DNA of 44,584 bases from an uncultured Candidatus Saccharibacteria bacterium (GTDB lineage Bacteria; Patescibacteriota; Minisyncoccia; Phycocordibacterales; Phycocordibacteraceae): positions 1 to 44,584 of the forward strand of contig CAYXYP010000007.1 of NCBI GenBank assembly GCA_964469405.1, read 5' to 3'. The translations under genes were made by a program, and so were the position numbers. The notes beneath the pieces are model-generated. The model made no database searches. It worked only from the letters and a program-made list of their open reading frames with translations, and was not told where the DNA came from. Below are positions 1-8,611 of this stretch, piece after piece (the first letter of the stretch is position 1; each line of letters begins with the position of its first letter).

Positions 1-24
1 CGCGTCTAGCGGGCAGACACAAAG

Positions 25-46
25 CCACCGGCCCTGAGGCCGGTGG
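25..46 (+). terminator. GC-rich hairpin, likely intrinsic terminator of an upstream gene
   Basis: ccaccggcc-ctga-ggccggtgg, a perfect 9-bp stem followed by a T-rich tract. Confidence 0.6.
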
Positions 47-72
47 TCGTTTACTATTTTGCACGAGGGAAT

Positions 73-100
73 TTGACAGATACATAAGTAACTGTATACT
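73..100 (+). promoter_or_regulatory. sigma70-type promoter
   Basis: TTGACA (73-78), 16-nt spacer, TATACT (95-100), upstream of ORF 128..709. Confidence 0.6.
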
Positions 101-127
101 TTTCCACAGTGTGATCTTTGAGATTCA

Positions 128-709
128 GTGCGATATCCTAACAAGAAAAGAAAGGGGGGCGACGTGCAAGATACTCATCTACTAATACCAAGAAGCGTGG
201 GCGGGCTTAGTAACGAAAGAACAAATCTCAAGGTCTGGATGACTATCACGCTTGGCTTGTACCATAACGTTGATGCATTACTCGAAGCACTTACGTCGCA
301 AGATTGCTGCATCTCTCATGATGCTGAATGGACAATGAGGCAAGCAAACTTTATTGTCTCGTCCGAAATAAGTAAGGTTGATCTTGTATTGGCATCTGCC
401 CGACAACTTGGACTCAGAAGAGATTCGCACTACGGGAATATTTTTGACTGTGGTATCGGACGCGGGCTCCAACCCTGTTCCGCTGAGATAGCCCCCCAAC
501 TGCGCCGGCAATATGTGAATCAACCGGAGGGAGAAATACTCCGCATCGTCGCAAGGGAAAGAATAACTGATGAGAAGGGTAGACGCAAAATCTTTGCCAT
601 GATGCAGTCCGAGGGTAGACCGTATCTTGATACTTGTGGCGGATGGACTGAAATCTGTTACCGACTGGATGATATCTTTGTCTGGTCATTACCGCGCAAG
701 ATATTGTAG
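128..709 (+). CDS. Hypothetical protein of an uncharacterised family (start uncertain)
   Basis: Pattern VDLVLASARQLG...GLQPCSAEIAPQLRRQYVNQPEGEIL resembles a recurrent uncharacterised GL-x-CP-x-E-x-GP-x-LR-x-QY-x-DQP family (recalled, not searched); has its own promoter and terminator. Confidence 0.65.
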   Translation: MRYPNKKRKGGDVQDTHLLIPRSVGGLSNERTNLKVWMTITLGLYHNVDALLEALTSQDCCISHDAEWTMRQANFIVSSEISKVDLVLASARQLGLRRDSHYGNIFDCGIGRGLQPCSAEIAPQLRRQYVNQPEGEILRIVARERITDEKGRRKIFAMMQSEGRPYLDTCGGWTEICYRLDDIFVWSLPRKIL

Positions 710-714
710 TACCT

Positions 715-754
715 ATGACCGGAATCCTAGAAAGGATTCCGGTCATTCTTTTTG
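715..754 (+). terminator. Intrinsic terminator
   Basis: atgaccggaatcct-agaa-aggattccggtcat, a perfect 14-bp stem followed by a T tract, just after the stop at 709. Confidence 0.8.
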
Positions 755-833
755 AATAGTTAGTACTTTTCTGATATTGTGCTACGCGGCCCAGTTTCTG
801 GGAAACCAAACCGCTACCAGAAAGGAGGTTCGG

Positions 834-1688
834 ATGAACATTCAATCCCATCAAGAAGCTACTGATCCAGGCCTTCGAGTAACTCCGTGTTTCGCCGATT
901 CGATGGCGCATTCGGTGTCCACAAACTGTCGAGATCCTTCCTTTGTGCATCTTGCCACAGAGCCACGTCTTCCCATACGGGATTATGACCAAGCTCTTGA
1001 CGTGCATGAGACGTTTTATTTTCAGGCACTAAAAAAGCCGAAAATACAGATCGTGCATACCAAGGAAGATCTCGAAGCGGACGATAGAATCCGCGTTCTT
1101 CTCGGTATGCGATATGTACCCGACCATATGACACTTCCGCGCGTAGGAATGTTACATTCTCTTGGTGTAAGAGTTCTGTCCCTAGCCTACAAAAATTATC
1201 CAACACCATATGGCGATAGTTCAGGAGGTTGTGGCAAGCTCACCCATAAGGGGATGGAGTTACTCGAATGGATGAACGAATATGGGATAGTCCTCGATCT
1301 TACCGGTACGGGAAACAAGACTGCATGCGATGCCTGCCGTTTTATCCTGGAAAATAATTTCGGCATGATTCCTATAGCGAGTCATTCGGGATGTTACTCA
1401 GTATCTCGGGACACACAAGATTTGACGGATGTTCTTTTGAACATAATTGCCTTGATGAATGGTTATGTCGGCATTCCCCATGAGTATCCTGAGGAGTTCA
1501 TGCTGCACGCAATACATGCGTCAAATGTAATGCGAATGATTGGGACTGGTACAATCGGTGTGTGTTCTGATCGTGGCTACTCCAGCTATTTCGGCATGGT
1601 GGCAGATCTTGAGGGGCAGAATCTCCATCCAGATATTTTCGGTAGAAATTTCTTGAATGTTATTGAACATTCTTTACCTCAATCATAA
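834..1688 (+). CDS. Membrane dipeptidase (peptidase M19)-like protein with degenerate active site
   Basis: LGVRVLSLAY, GKLTHKGMELLEWMNEYGIVLDL, PIASHSG and GYVGI follow the M19 pattern; SD AAAGGAGG precedes ATG at 834. Confidence 0.7.
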   Translation: MNIQSHQEATDPGLRVTPCFADSMAHSVSTNCRDPSFVHLATEPRLPIRDYDQALDVHETFYFQALKKPKIQIVHTKEDLEADDRIRVLLGMRYVPDHMTLPRVGMLHSLGVRVLSLAYKNYPTPYGDSSGGCGKLTHKGMELLEWMNEYGIVLDLTGTGNKTACDACRFILENNFGMIPIASHSGCYSVSRDTQDLTDVLLNIIALMNGYVGIPHEYPEEFMLHAIHASNVMRMIGTGTIGVCSDRGYSSYFGMVADLEGQNLHPDIFGRNFLNVIEHSLPQS

Positions 1689-1702
1689 AACGGCCTACTA
1701 AA

Positions 1703-1734
1703 ATACCCTGCGACAATCTTTTGTCGCAGGGTAT
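1703..1734. terminator. Hairpin, likely terminator
   Basis: ataccctgcgacaa-tctt-ttgtcgcagggtat, a perfect 14-bp stem between the M19-like gene and aspS. Confidence 0.65.
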
Positions 1735-1751
1735 GCTATTTTATACGGTAT

Positions 1752-3113
1752 ATGACAAATAGGACGCTTATCGGGGACCTTGGTGCCCATGCGGGTAAGA
1801 CGGTCTTCATTTCAGGCTGGGTGGATGTGCGTCGCGATCAAGGAAAGATGGTCTTTTTTGATTTTCGAGACCGTAGCGGAAAAGTGCAGGGCGTCGTCCT
1901 GCCGGGAAGTGCTGCAATGAATATCGCTAAAGAAACACGCATGGAGTCCGTCATCCGGGTCGAAGGCGTCGTGAATAAACGTCCAGAGAAAAACATGCAG
2001 ACCGGTAAACAAAACGGCGATATTGAACTCGAAGTGAAAGTAATAGAAGTCCTCTCGCCTTCAGAAGTGCTGCCATTTGATAAAGATGCTGAACTCAATC
2101 TTGATACCTATCTCGACAATTTGCCGATTACGCTCAGGCGGCCACAAGCTCGGGCCACATTCAAGGTTCAGGCAGAGATAGTGAAAGCGTACCGGACATT
2201 CCTCGACGGTGAACACTTCACGGAATTTCAGTCACCGAAGCTTACCGGGGACGACGCTGAAGGTGGAGCAAATGTTTTTTCGGTGCCCTATTTCTACGGT
2301 AAGACTGCGCACCTTGGCACCTCGCCGCAGTTCTATAAGCAGATCATGGTTGGTATTTTTGAGCGCGTCTATACTATTGGCAACGTCTTCCGTGCCGAGA
2401 AGCACTCAACCACGCGTCACTTGAATGAGTACACATCGATGGACGTCGAAATGGGATTCATTAATGACCATCACGACATCATGGAGCTCGAAATTCGCCT
2501 TATGCGCCACCTCATCGAGCATCTGCGCACAACATGCTCAGAAGAATTTAAACTGCTCGACGCAGCATTTCCGACTATATCGGAAATTGTGCCTACGATG
2601 AAATTGAGGGAAGCCCAGGAACTGATCTTCAAAGAAACGGGGGTCGATAAGCACAACGAGCCTGATCTTGATCCAGAAGATGAACGATGGCTGTGTGACT
2701 GGGCAAAGCGAGAGAAGGGAAGCGATTTTGTGTTTGTGACGCATTACCCCGTCGACAAGCGCCCGATGTACACCCTCGAAGACTTGAATGATCCGGGCTA
2801 TACAAAAAGTTTCGATCTCCTTTTCCGTGGCGTCGAGATAACTACCGGGGGCCAGCGCCGACATGATTACGATAATCTAATCGAGGGTATCAAAATGAAA
2901 GGACTTGATCCCGAAAAATTTTCGTACTATCTGCAAGCATTCAAATTCGGCATGCCACCACACGGCGGATGGGGTATGGGTCTTGAACGTCTTACGCAGA
3001 AGATGCTTGGACTTGCGAATGTCAAAGAGGCAGCGCTCTTCCCGCGAGACATCAATCGTATTGACCAGTTACTTTCGATTCAGGCGACAGATACTATTGA
3101 AGTGAAGGACTGA
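1752..3113 (+). CDS. aspS: Aspartate--tRNA ligase, short archaeal/eukaryotic-like form (probably non-discriminating)
   Basis: OB-fold GWVDVRRDQGKMVFFDFRDRSG; class II motifs SPQFYKQ, FRAEKHSTTRHLNEY and PPHGGWGMGLERL; 453 aa with no GAD insertion. Confidence 0.93.
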   Translation: MTNRTLIGDLGAHAGKTVFISGWVDVRRDQGKMVFFDFRDRSGKVQGVVLPGSAAMNIAKETRMESVIRVEGVVNKRPEKNMQTGKQNGDIELEVKVIEVLSPSEVLPFDKDAELNLDTYLDNLPITLRRPQARATFKVQAEIVKAYRTFLDGEHFTEFQSPKLTGDDAEGGANVFSVPYFYGKTAHLGTSPQFYKQIMVGIFERVYTIGNVFRAEKHSTTRHLNEYTSMDVEMGFINDHHDIMELEIRLMRHLIEHLRTTCSEEFKLLDAAFPTISEIVPTMKLREAQELIFKETGVDKHNEPDLDPEDERWLCDWAKREKGSDFVFVTHYPVDKRPMYTLEDLNDPGYTKSFDLLFRGVEITTGGQRRHDYDNLIEGIKMKGLDPEKFSYYLQAFKFGMPPHGGWGMGLERLTQKMLGLANVKEAALFPRDINRIDQLLSIQATDTIEVKD

Positions 3114-3117
3114 TTCG

Positions 3118-4527
3118 ATGAAAATTCTTTTCAAAGAAGCGGATATTGAACATGCGCCGACGGAATACGTGCGCATTCGAATCAAGCAAGAATCCAAAGG
3201 AACAAAGCGTCTTGTAAAAGAAGGCGAGATAGAGACACTGGAAATCGGAGTGTCCGCTGATATGAGCGCGCGCAAATTTATCGTGCTCTGTCGATCTATC
3301 GTAAACGCCACGAAGGCGAACAAATCAAAAAAAATAGCGATTCAATTTGAGCTCATTCCAAAACTATCTAAAAATCCAGAGAATATTTCACCGGAGTATG
3401 TTTTGCAACTCATGGCAGAGAATTTTGAGATGGCAAATTTCGAATTCAACATCTTCAAGACGAAACCGAAAGAAGGGTGGGATGAGGTAGAAGAAATACT
3501 TTTTTGTGGGAAATCATCACCCTTGATTGAAAAAGCTGTAAAGAAAGGCCAGGAAATAGGTAGAGCAGTAAATGCCTGTCGTATACTTGCTAATACCCCC
3601 GGGGGAGATATTACCCCGACATCGCTCGCAAAAGCCGCAAAGGAGGCAATGAAAGGCTTGCCGGTTACAGTCATTATACTAGGCACCACAGAGATGAAAA
3701 AGCTCGGGATGGGTGCGCTCTTAGGTGTTGCAAAAGGTTCGACCGAACCACCAACGTTTACGATTCTAGAGTATATGGGTGGGAAGAATGCTCCGATAGT
3801 GCTTGCAGGGAAGGGCGTCACGTTTGACAGCGGAGGACTCAATTTGAAGCCTTCAAACGGTATCTATGAGATGCATATGGACATGTCGGGAGCCGCCTCG
3901 GTCATTCATGCTGTGGCACTTGCTGCGAGATTGAAACTGAACACATCGGTTATCGGTCTCATCCCTTCGGTTGAAAATATGCCTGGAAATAATGCATATC
4001 GCCCGGGTGACATATTGAAATCCCTTTCGGGGAAGACAATTGAGGTAATGAACACGGATGCGGAGGGCCGTCTCATTCTGGCCGATGCGCTTACGTATGC
4101 GAAACGCTTTAAACCATCAGTCGTCATTGACGTGGCGACACTGACCGGTGCCGCACTCTCTGCGCTCGGTCTCTACGCAAGTGCTCTCCTTACTCGCGAC
4201 GATGCTCTCGCGGAAAAAATTTCTCATGATGGGGAAGTCTCGGGTGATTATGTGTGGAGGCTTCCGCTCTGGGATGAATATGAAGACGGGGTGAAAGGGA
4301 CATTTGCTGACTTGGCGAATGCGGGGACTAGTACGTCGGGGCGTGGAGGAGGAGCAATTGAAGGGGGAATGTTTCTCTGGCAATTTGCAAAAGAGTTAGA
4401 ATGTCCCTGGGCGCATCTCGACATCGCACCTCGTATGACCTCTGCGCCGGGCGATGAGCTCGCAAAGGGTGCTGCTGGTGCTCCGGTGCGACTTCTCATT
4501 CGCTTTATAGAACAATGGAAACCATAA
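3118..4527 (+). CDS. pepA: Leucyl aminopeptidase (M17)
   Basis: GKGVTFDSGG, DMSGAA, NTDAEGRLILAD, DVATLTGA and WAHLDIA motifs. Confidence 0.95.
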   Translation: MKILFKEADIEHAPTEYVRIRIKQESKGTKRLVKEGEIETLEIGVSADMSARKFIVLCRSIVNATKANKSKKIAIQFELIPKLSKNPENISPEYVLQLMAENFEMANFEFNIFKTKPKEGWDEVEEILFCGKSSPLIEKAVKKGQEIGRAVNACRILANTPGGDITPTSLAKAAKEAMKGLPVTVIILGTTEMKKLGMGALLGVAKGSTEPPTFTILEYMGGKNAPIVLAGKGVTFDSGGLNLKPSNGIYEMHMDMSGAASVIHAVALAARLKLNTSVIGLIPSVENMPGNNAYRPGDILKSLSGKTIEVMNTDAEGRLILADALTYAKRFKPSVVIDVATLTGAALSALGLYASALLTRDDALAEKISHDGEVSGDYVWRLPLWDEYEDGVKGTFADLANAGTSTSGRGGGAIEGGMFLWQFAKELECPWAHLDIAPRMTSAPGDELAKGAAGAPVRLLIRFIEQWKP

Positions 4528-5258
4528 CCCCAAAAAAAGGATTTTCAATAAAAACCGCCTCGTATGATGGCCCATTTGAAGTACTACTTGACCTTATCGA
4601 GGCGCGCAAATTTCTCGTCAACGACCTTGCGCTTGCGAACATTACTGAAGATTTTATTCAACACGTGCGAGCACAAGCGACATTTCCGGTTGAGGAGACC
4701 GCGAATTTTATTCACATCGCAGCCACACTGCTTCTCATCAAGTCAAAATCACTCATTCCCGATCTCACGCTGACCGAAGAAGAAAATGCAGATGTCGAGG
4801 ATTTGAAGCGACGGCTCGCGGCGTATGAGAACGTGCGCAATGCAACGCGTGAGCTCGCACGCATTTTTGGAAAAAATGTCATGGTACCGGCAGGGGAGCG
4901 TCCCCCCGAAGTCTCTTTCGCACCTTCTCGTGACCTCTCCGCTGCAGCACTTGCTGATACTCTTGCGCGGGTTCTTGCTGCGCGCGAAGCGGTCCAGGAG
5001 CTTCCTGAAGTGCGTGTGAAGCCACTCGTCACTATCGAAGAGATGATGGACCAGCTCGCAAAGCGTGTCGAAAGCGCCCTAACGCTTTCTTTTAAAGAAT
5101 TTGCCGGGAGTGCGAGTGAGAAAGTGGAGGTTATTGTTTCTTTCTTGGCACTCCTTGAGCTCGTCAAGCAAGGCGCGGTTGCCGCTGAGCAGTTTGGTCC
5201 TCATGGCGACATTCGCATCAGCCACACCGCTTCCTCCTCCGTCCCACGTTACGGGTGA
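4515..5258 (+). CDS. scpA: Segregation and condensation protein A
   Basis: YDGPFEVLLDLIE, AATLLLIKSKSLIP and FLALLELVKQG. Confidence 0.92.
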   Translation: METITPKKGFSIKTASYDGPFEVLLDLIEARKFLVNDLALANITEDFIQHVRAQATFPVEETANFIHIAATLLLIKSKSLIPDLTLTEEENADVEDLKRRLAAYENVRNATRELARIFGKNVMVPAGERPPEVSFAPSRDLSAAALADTLARVLAAREAVQELPEVRVKPLVTIEEMMDQLAKRVESALTLSFKEFAGSASEKVEVIVSFLALLELVKQGAVAAEQFGPHGDIRISHTASSSVPRYG

Positions 5259-5271
5259 TACACTTCAATAC

Positions 5272-5979
5272 ATGAACATTTCGAACAAAGGGTTTATCGT
5301 GCCTCTACTCCTCATACTCGTCGCCATCTTCTTCATTGGTGGAGGATCGTATGCCTATTTGCAGACCAAGCCCGATATACAGCCTGCGGTTGTAGATTCT
5401 AATGTGCAAGTGGCCTCGATGACACGAGTAGTACCAGAACCAATAGCCAGTGAAGGTAAGATGCTACTTGGGAATAGCGCATTTTATGAAAATCTGTCCC
5501 CAGAAGAAAAAGATATGGTCGAAAGTTATTATAGTTCTTTGGGGATTACTACGGGTAGTAAAGACGTCAGTCTAAAAGATTCTCGTTGTTTGTTGAAATA
5601 TTACGATTCAATGAGAATGCTTGTTGCGTGTCCCGTCTCGCAAAATATGACGCTGGTAAATAGAAATAATATGACCGTAGCATTAGGTTCCTTTAGTAGT
5701 TTTTATGCTGGCTATGCGGAATCTATGGGGTATGTTATTTCCGTCAATGACGGTGGTATTTCTTACTATAAAGCGGGGAATTCTGCTATACAGAATATTC
5801 CAAACTCGAAGCCTATCAATGGGGAGTCTTATGTGGATAATGAAATAGGGATGCCGGATTCCAGCTCCTATCATATTTCATTTAATGAATCGACAAAAAC
5901 TCTCTCCGTATCTGTCTACAAATCTGCTGATGGCCCCAGCAGCCCGAAAATCCGCACAGCAAAGTTCGTCCTTCCTTAA
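5272..5979 (+). CDS. Hypothetical exported or pilin-like protein
   Basis: N-terminus MNISNKG/FIVPLLLILVAIFFIGGG resembles a class III (prepilin-like) signal; TACACT lies 7 nt before the ATG. Confidence 0.65.
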   Translation: MNISNKGFIVPLLLILVAIFFIGGGSYAYLQTKPDIQPAVVDSNVQVASMTRVVPEPIASEGKMLLGNSAFYENLSPEEKDMVESYYSSLGITTGSKDVSLKDSRCLLKYYDSMRMLVACPVSQNMTLVNRNNMTVALGSFSSFYAGYAESMGYVISVNDGGISYYKAGNSAIQNIPNSKPINGESYVDNEIGMPDSSSYHISFNESTKTLSVSVYKSADGPSSPKIRTAKFVLP

Positions 5980-6042
5980 GGACCTCTGCATCCCCAAGGA
6001 TATACGTTGCCCAGGAGGGGATAGACGCCTATAATGTGAAAG

Positions 6043-6594
6043 ATGCTTACTCCTCCTGCCGCTGCCCACGCTCTCTTGTTTGCCTCCGGTGAACCTCTTG
6101 GGAAAAAGCAGTTGGCGGTACTTCTGGGTCTCAAAGAAGAAGAACTTTCTGTCATATTTAGAGGGCTCATCGAGTTACTAAAGGGAAGCGGTGTTTCGCT
6201 TGTCGAGACCGCAACAGAGGTAGAATTGCGTACTTCACCGGAAGCAGCTGACATTGTGAGGCAATTTCGTGAGAGCGAGCTTTCGCGCGACCTTGGCTCG
6301 GCAAGTCTCGAAACACTCTCGGTCATCGCGTATCAAGAAGGAGCGACCAGGGGCGAAATCGACTGGGTGCGTGGCGTCAACTCATCGACATCGCTACGTA
6401 CACTCCTCATTCGGGGACTTATCGAGGGTAGCGAGGATGGGCGCGATAAGCGACGTATCCGCTATAGCCTTACGACTGAGGCCCTTGCGCATTTGGGTAT
6501 CACACGGGCAAGTGAGCTCCCGCGTTCCACAGAATTTAGGTTGGAAACTAGTGCGATAATTGCAGAGGAGTCTGCGCGTGCGATCTCTGAATAA
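6043..6594 (+). CDS. scpB: SMC-Scp complex subunit ScpB
   Basis: ALLFASGEP, LETLSVIAY, TRGEIDWVRGVNS and LLIRGLIE. Confidence 0.92.
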   Translation: MLTPPAAAHALLFASGEPLGKKQLAVLLGLKEEELSVIFRGLIELLKGSGVSLVETATEVELRTSPEAADIVRQFRESELSRDLGSASLETLSVIAYQEGATRGEIDWVRGVNSSTSLRTLLIRGLIEGSEDGRDKRRIRYSLTTEALAHLGITRASELPRSTEFRLETSAIIAEESARAISE

Positions 6595-6600
6595 ATATAT

Positions 6601-7548
6601 ATGGACACCGATGATCTTCAGAATCTCGCTCTACGGACCCGCTTTATGCGCGAAGCCGGTTTTGCGCTTCTGTTCGCCTCGGGCCTCCTCACTTTTTTTC
6701 TTTTTTTGCCCATCGCACCACAGGGAATTACACCCGCTCCGATTGTCATAGCGACATCAACAGTACCCAGTGCATTTGAACAGATTCCCCTTGAGGCAAA
6801 AGCGGCAATCGTATACGACCTTGTTCTTGGAGAAACGCTGTACGAAAAAAACGCTAACGCCCAACTTCCACTTGCTTCGCTCACTAAGCTTCTAACCGTG
6901 TATGCGGCACTCATCGAACTTGCCCCGAGCACTCCCATAACTATTTCGGCTGATGCAACCCATCTTGATGGGCCGCATGCTTTTTCCGTAGGGCAGACAT
7001 TTACCCTTGCTGATCTCGCTCGACTCACGCTGGTCGCATCTCTTAATGATGGGGCGGCTGCTATCGCAAGTGCAATCGCGCTGCGCGAAAATCGTTCGCA
7101 ACATGAGGCGCTTGCAGGTGCGGCCGCAGCCCTTAATCTCCCCCAAACGTACGCAATCAACGGTAATGGTCTTGATGAGAATGCAGCAATTTCAGGCGGC
7201 TATGGTTCTGTACTCGACCTCGCCCGTCTTGCTGGCGCCCTATTAGAAAAATCTCCGACTATTGCGGCGGCGACAACGCAGAGTTTTGCGCGAGCTATTT
7301 CAAAGGGCGGCACCTCCTTCAAGGTAAACAACACTGACCCCGTAATTAATACTATTCCGCGGCTCTTGCTCTCGAAGACCGGCTTTACTGACCTCGCGGG
7401 AGGCAATCTCGTACTGGTCTTTGATGTTGGGATTAATCACCCGATCGCTGTAGTTATCCTCGGCTCTTCTATGAAAGCTCGCTTCACCGACGGCACTGCG
7501 CTTATTAATGCTACTCTTGCGCACTTTGCCGGAGTGCAATCCCTATGA
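6601..7548 (+). CDS. D-alanyl-D-alanine carboxypeptidase (S11 family)
   Basis: SxxK (ASLTKL), SxN (SLND) and KTG (SKTGFT) motifs; N-terminal transmembrane segment. Confidence 0.88.
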   Translation: MDTDDLQNLALRTRFMREAGFALLFASGLLTFFLFLPIAPQGITPAPIVIATSTVPSAFEQIPLEAKAAIVYDLVLGETLYEKNANAQLPLASLTKLLTVYAALIELAPSTPITISADATHLDGPHAFSVGQTFTLADLARLTLVASLNDGAAAIASAIALRENRSQHEALAGAAAALNLPQTYAINGNGLDENAAISGGYGSVLDLARLAGALLEKSPTIAAATTQSFARAISKGGTSFKVNNTDPVINTIPRLLLSKTGFTDLAGGNLVLVFDVGINHPIAVVILGSSMKARFTDGTALINATLAHFAGVQSL

Positions 7549-8609
7549 TTACGTCAAACCTCATCAAGGTTTTTATTCCTGCCACGATGGCATTCGTGAC
7601 GGGTATTCTCTTAGCTCCTCTTCTCACACACTACTTGTACAAGTACAGAATATGGAAAAAAACTGCAGGCAAGACGGCACTGGATGGTTCGGTGGCTGTT
7701 GAATTTGAAAAACTTCGAACTGACACTGAGACGAAAACGCCGCGCATGGGCGGTATCCTTATTTGGGCGAGTGTTGTTATTGTCACTGTCGGAGCGTGGT
7801 TGCTCGCTCGATTTCTGCCATCGCCTTTGACTGAAAAACTTGATTTCTTGAATCGAAATCAGACGTGGATTCCTCTTTTTACATTACTTGCCGGAGCTGG
7901 TATGGGTTTTGTGAATGATGTTCTCGATATCCAACCTTCAGGTGAGAGAGGTATTCGCCTGCGCACTCGACTTCTTTTCGTCACCGTTGTGTCACTGTTC
8001 ATTGGATGGTGGTTTTATGCAAAACTTGGTGTAACGGCCATCGGCATTCCAACCGATGGAGCACTCGAACTTGGGCTCTTCATCATCCCATTCTTCATCT
8101 TGATTACGCTCGGACTGTATGCGGGCGGCGTGATAGATGGTATCGACGGACTTGCTGGCGGCGTGTTCAGCTCTGCCTTCATGGCATACGCGGGTATTGC
8201 CTACTTTCAGGATCAACTAAACATAGCTGCCTTTTCAGCGACAGTGGCCGGCGCCATTCTTGCTTTTCTATGGTTCAACATCCCACCCGCACGCTTTTGG
8301 ATGACAGAAACTGGCACAATGGGTCTAACTATGACTCTTGCGGTGGTTGCTCTCATGACCGACACTCTTGGCAACGGTTATGGGGTCGCGGCACTGCCCA
8401 TCATTGCATTTCCACTTGTTATAACCGTGGCGTCAAATGTTTTACAAATTACATCAAAAAAACTGCGCGGAAAAAAAATATTCCGAATCGCTCCACTCCA
8501 TCACCACTTTGAAGCCATTGGATGGCCCTCGTATAAGGTCACGATGCGCTACTGGATCATTTCGATCCTTTGTGCAATCGTCGGTATGACTGTCGCTCTT
8601 TTGAAATAG
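7545..8609 (+). CDS. mraY: Phospho-N-acetylmuramoyl-pentapeptide transferase
   Basis: KTPRMGGILI, DGIDGLAGG, FLWFNIPPARF and APLHHHFE; polytopic membrane protein in a cell-wall cluster. Confidence 0.93.
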   Translation: MITSNLIKVFIPATMAFVTGILLAPLLTHYLYKYRIWKKTAGKTALDGSVAVEFEKLRTDTETKTPRMGGILIWASVVIVTVGAWLLARFLPSPLTEKLDFLNRNQTWIPLFTLLAGAGMGFVNDVLDIQPSGERGIRLRTRLLFVTVVSLFIGWWFYAKLGVTAIGIPTDGALELGLFIIPFFILITLGLYAGGVIDGIDGLAGGVFSSAFMAYAGIAYFQDQLNIAAFSATVAGAILAFLWFNIPPARFWMTETGTMGLTMTLAVVALMTDTLGNGYGVAALPIIAFPLVITVASNVLQITSKKLRGKKIFRIAPLHHHFEAIGWPSYKVTMRYWIISILCAIVGMTVALLK

Positions 8610-8611
8610 GT

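Noticed and set aside
92-109. CTGT...ACAG over the -10, resembling a LexA box; TTTTCCACA resembling a DnaA box
   Set aside because: The spacer is 10 nt rather than 8, and a single one-mismatch DnaA-like 9-mer is expected by chance.
5980-6029. Possible scpA tail duplicate after the inserted pilin-like gene
   Set aside because: No convincing nucleotide or in-frame protein match to the scpA 3' end.
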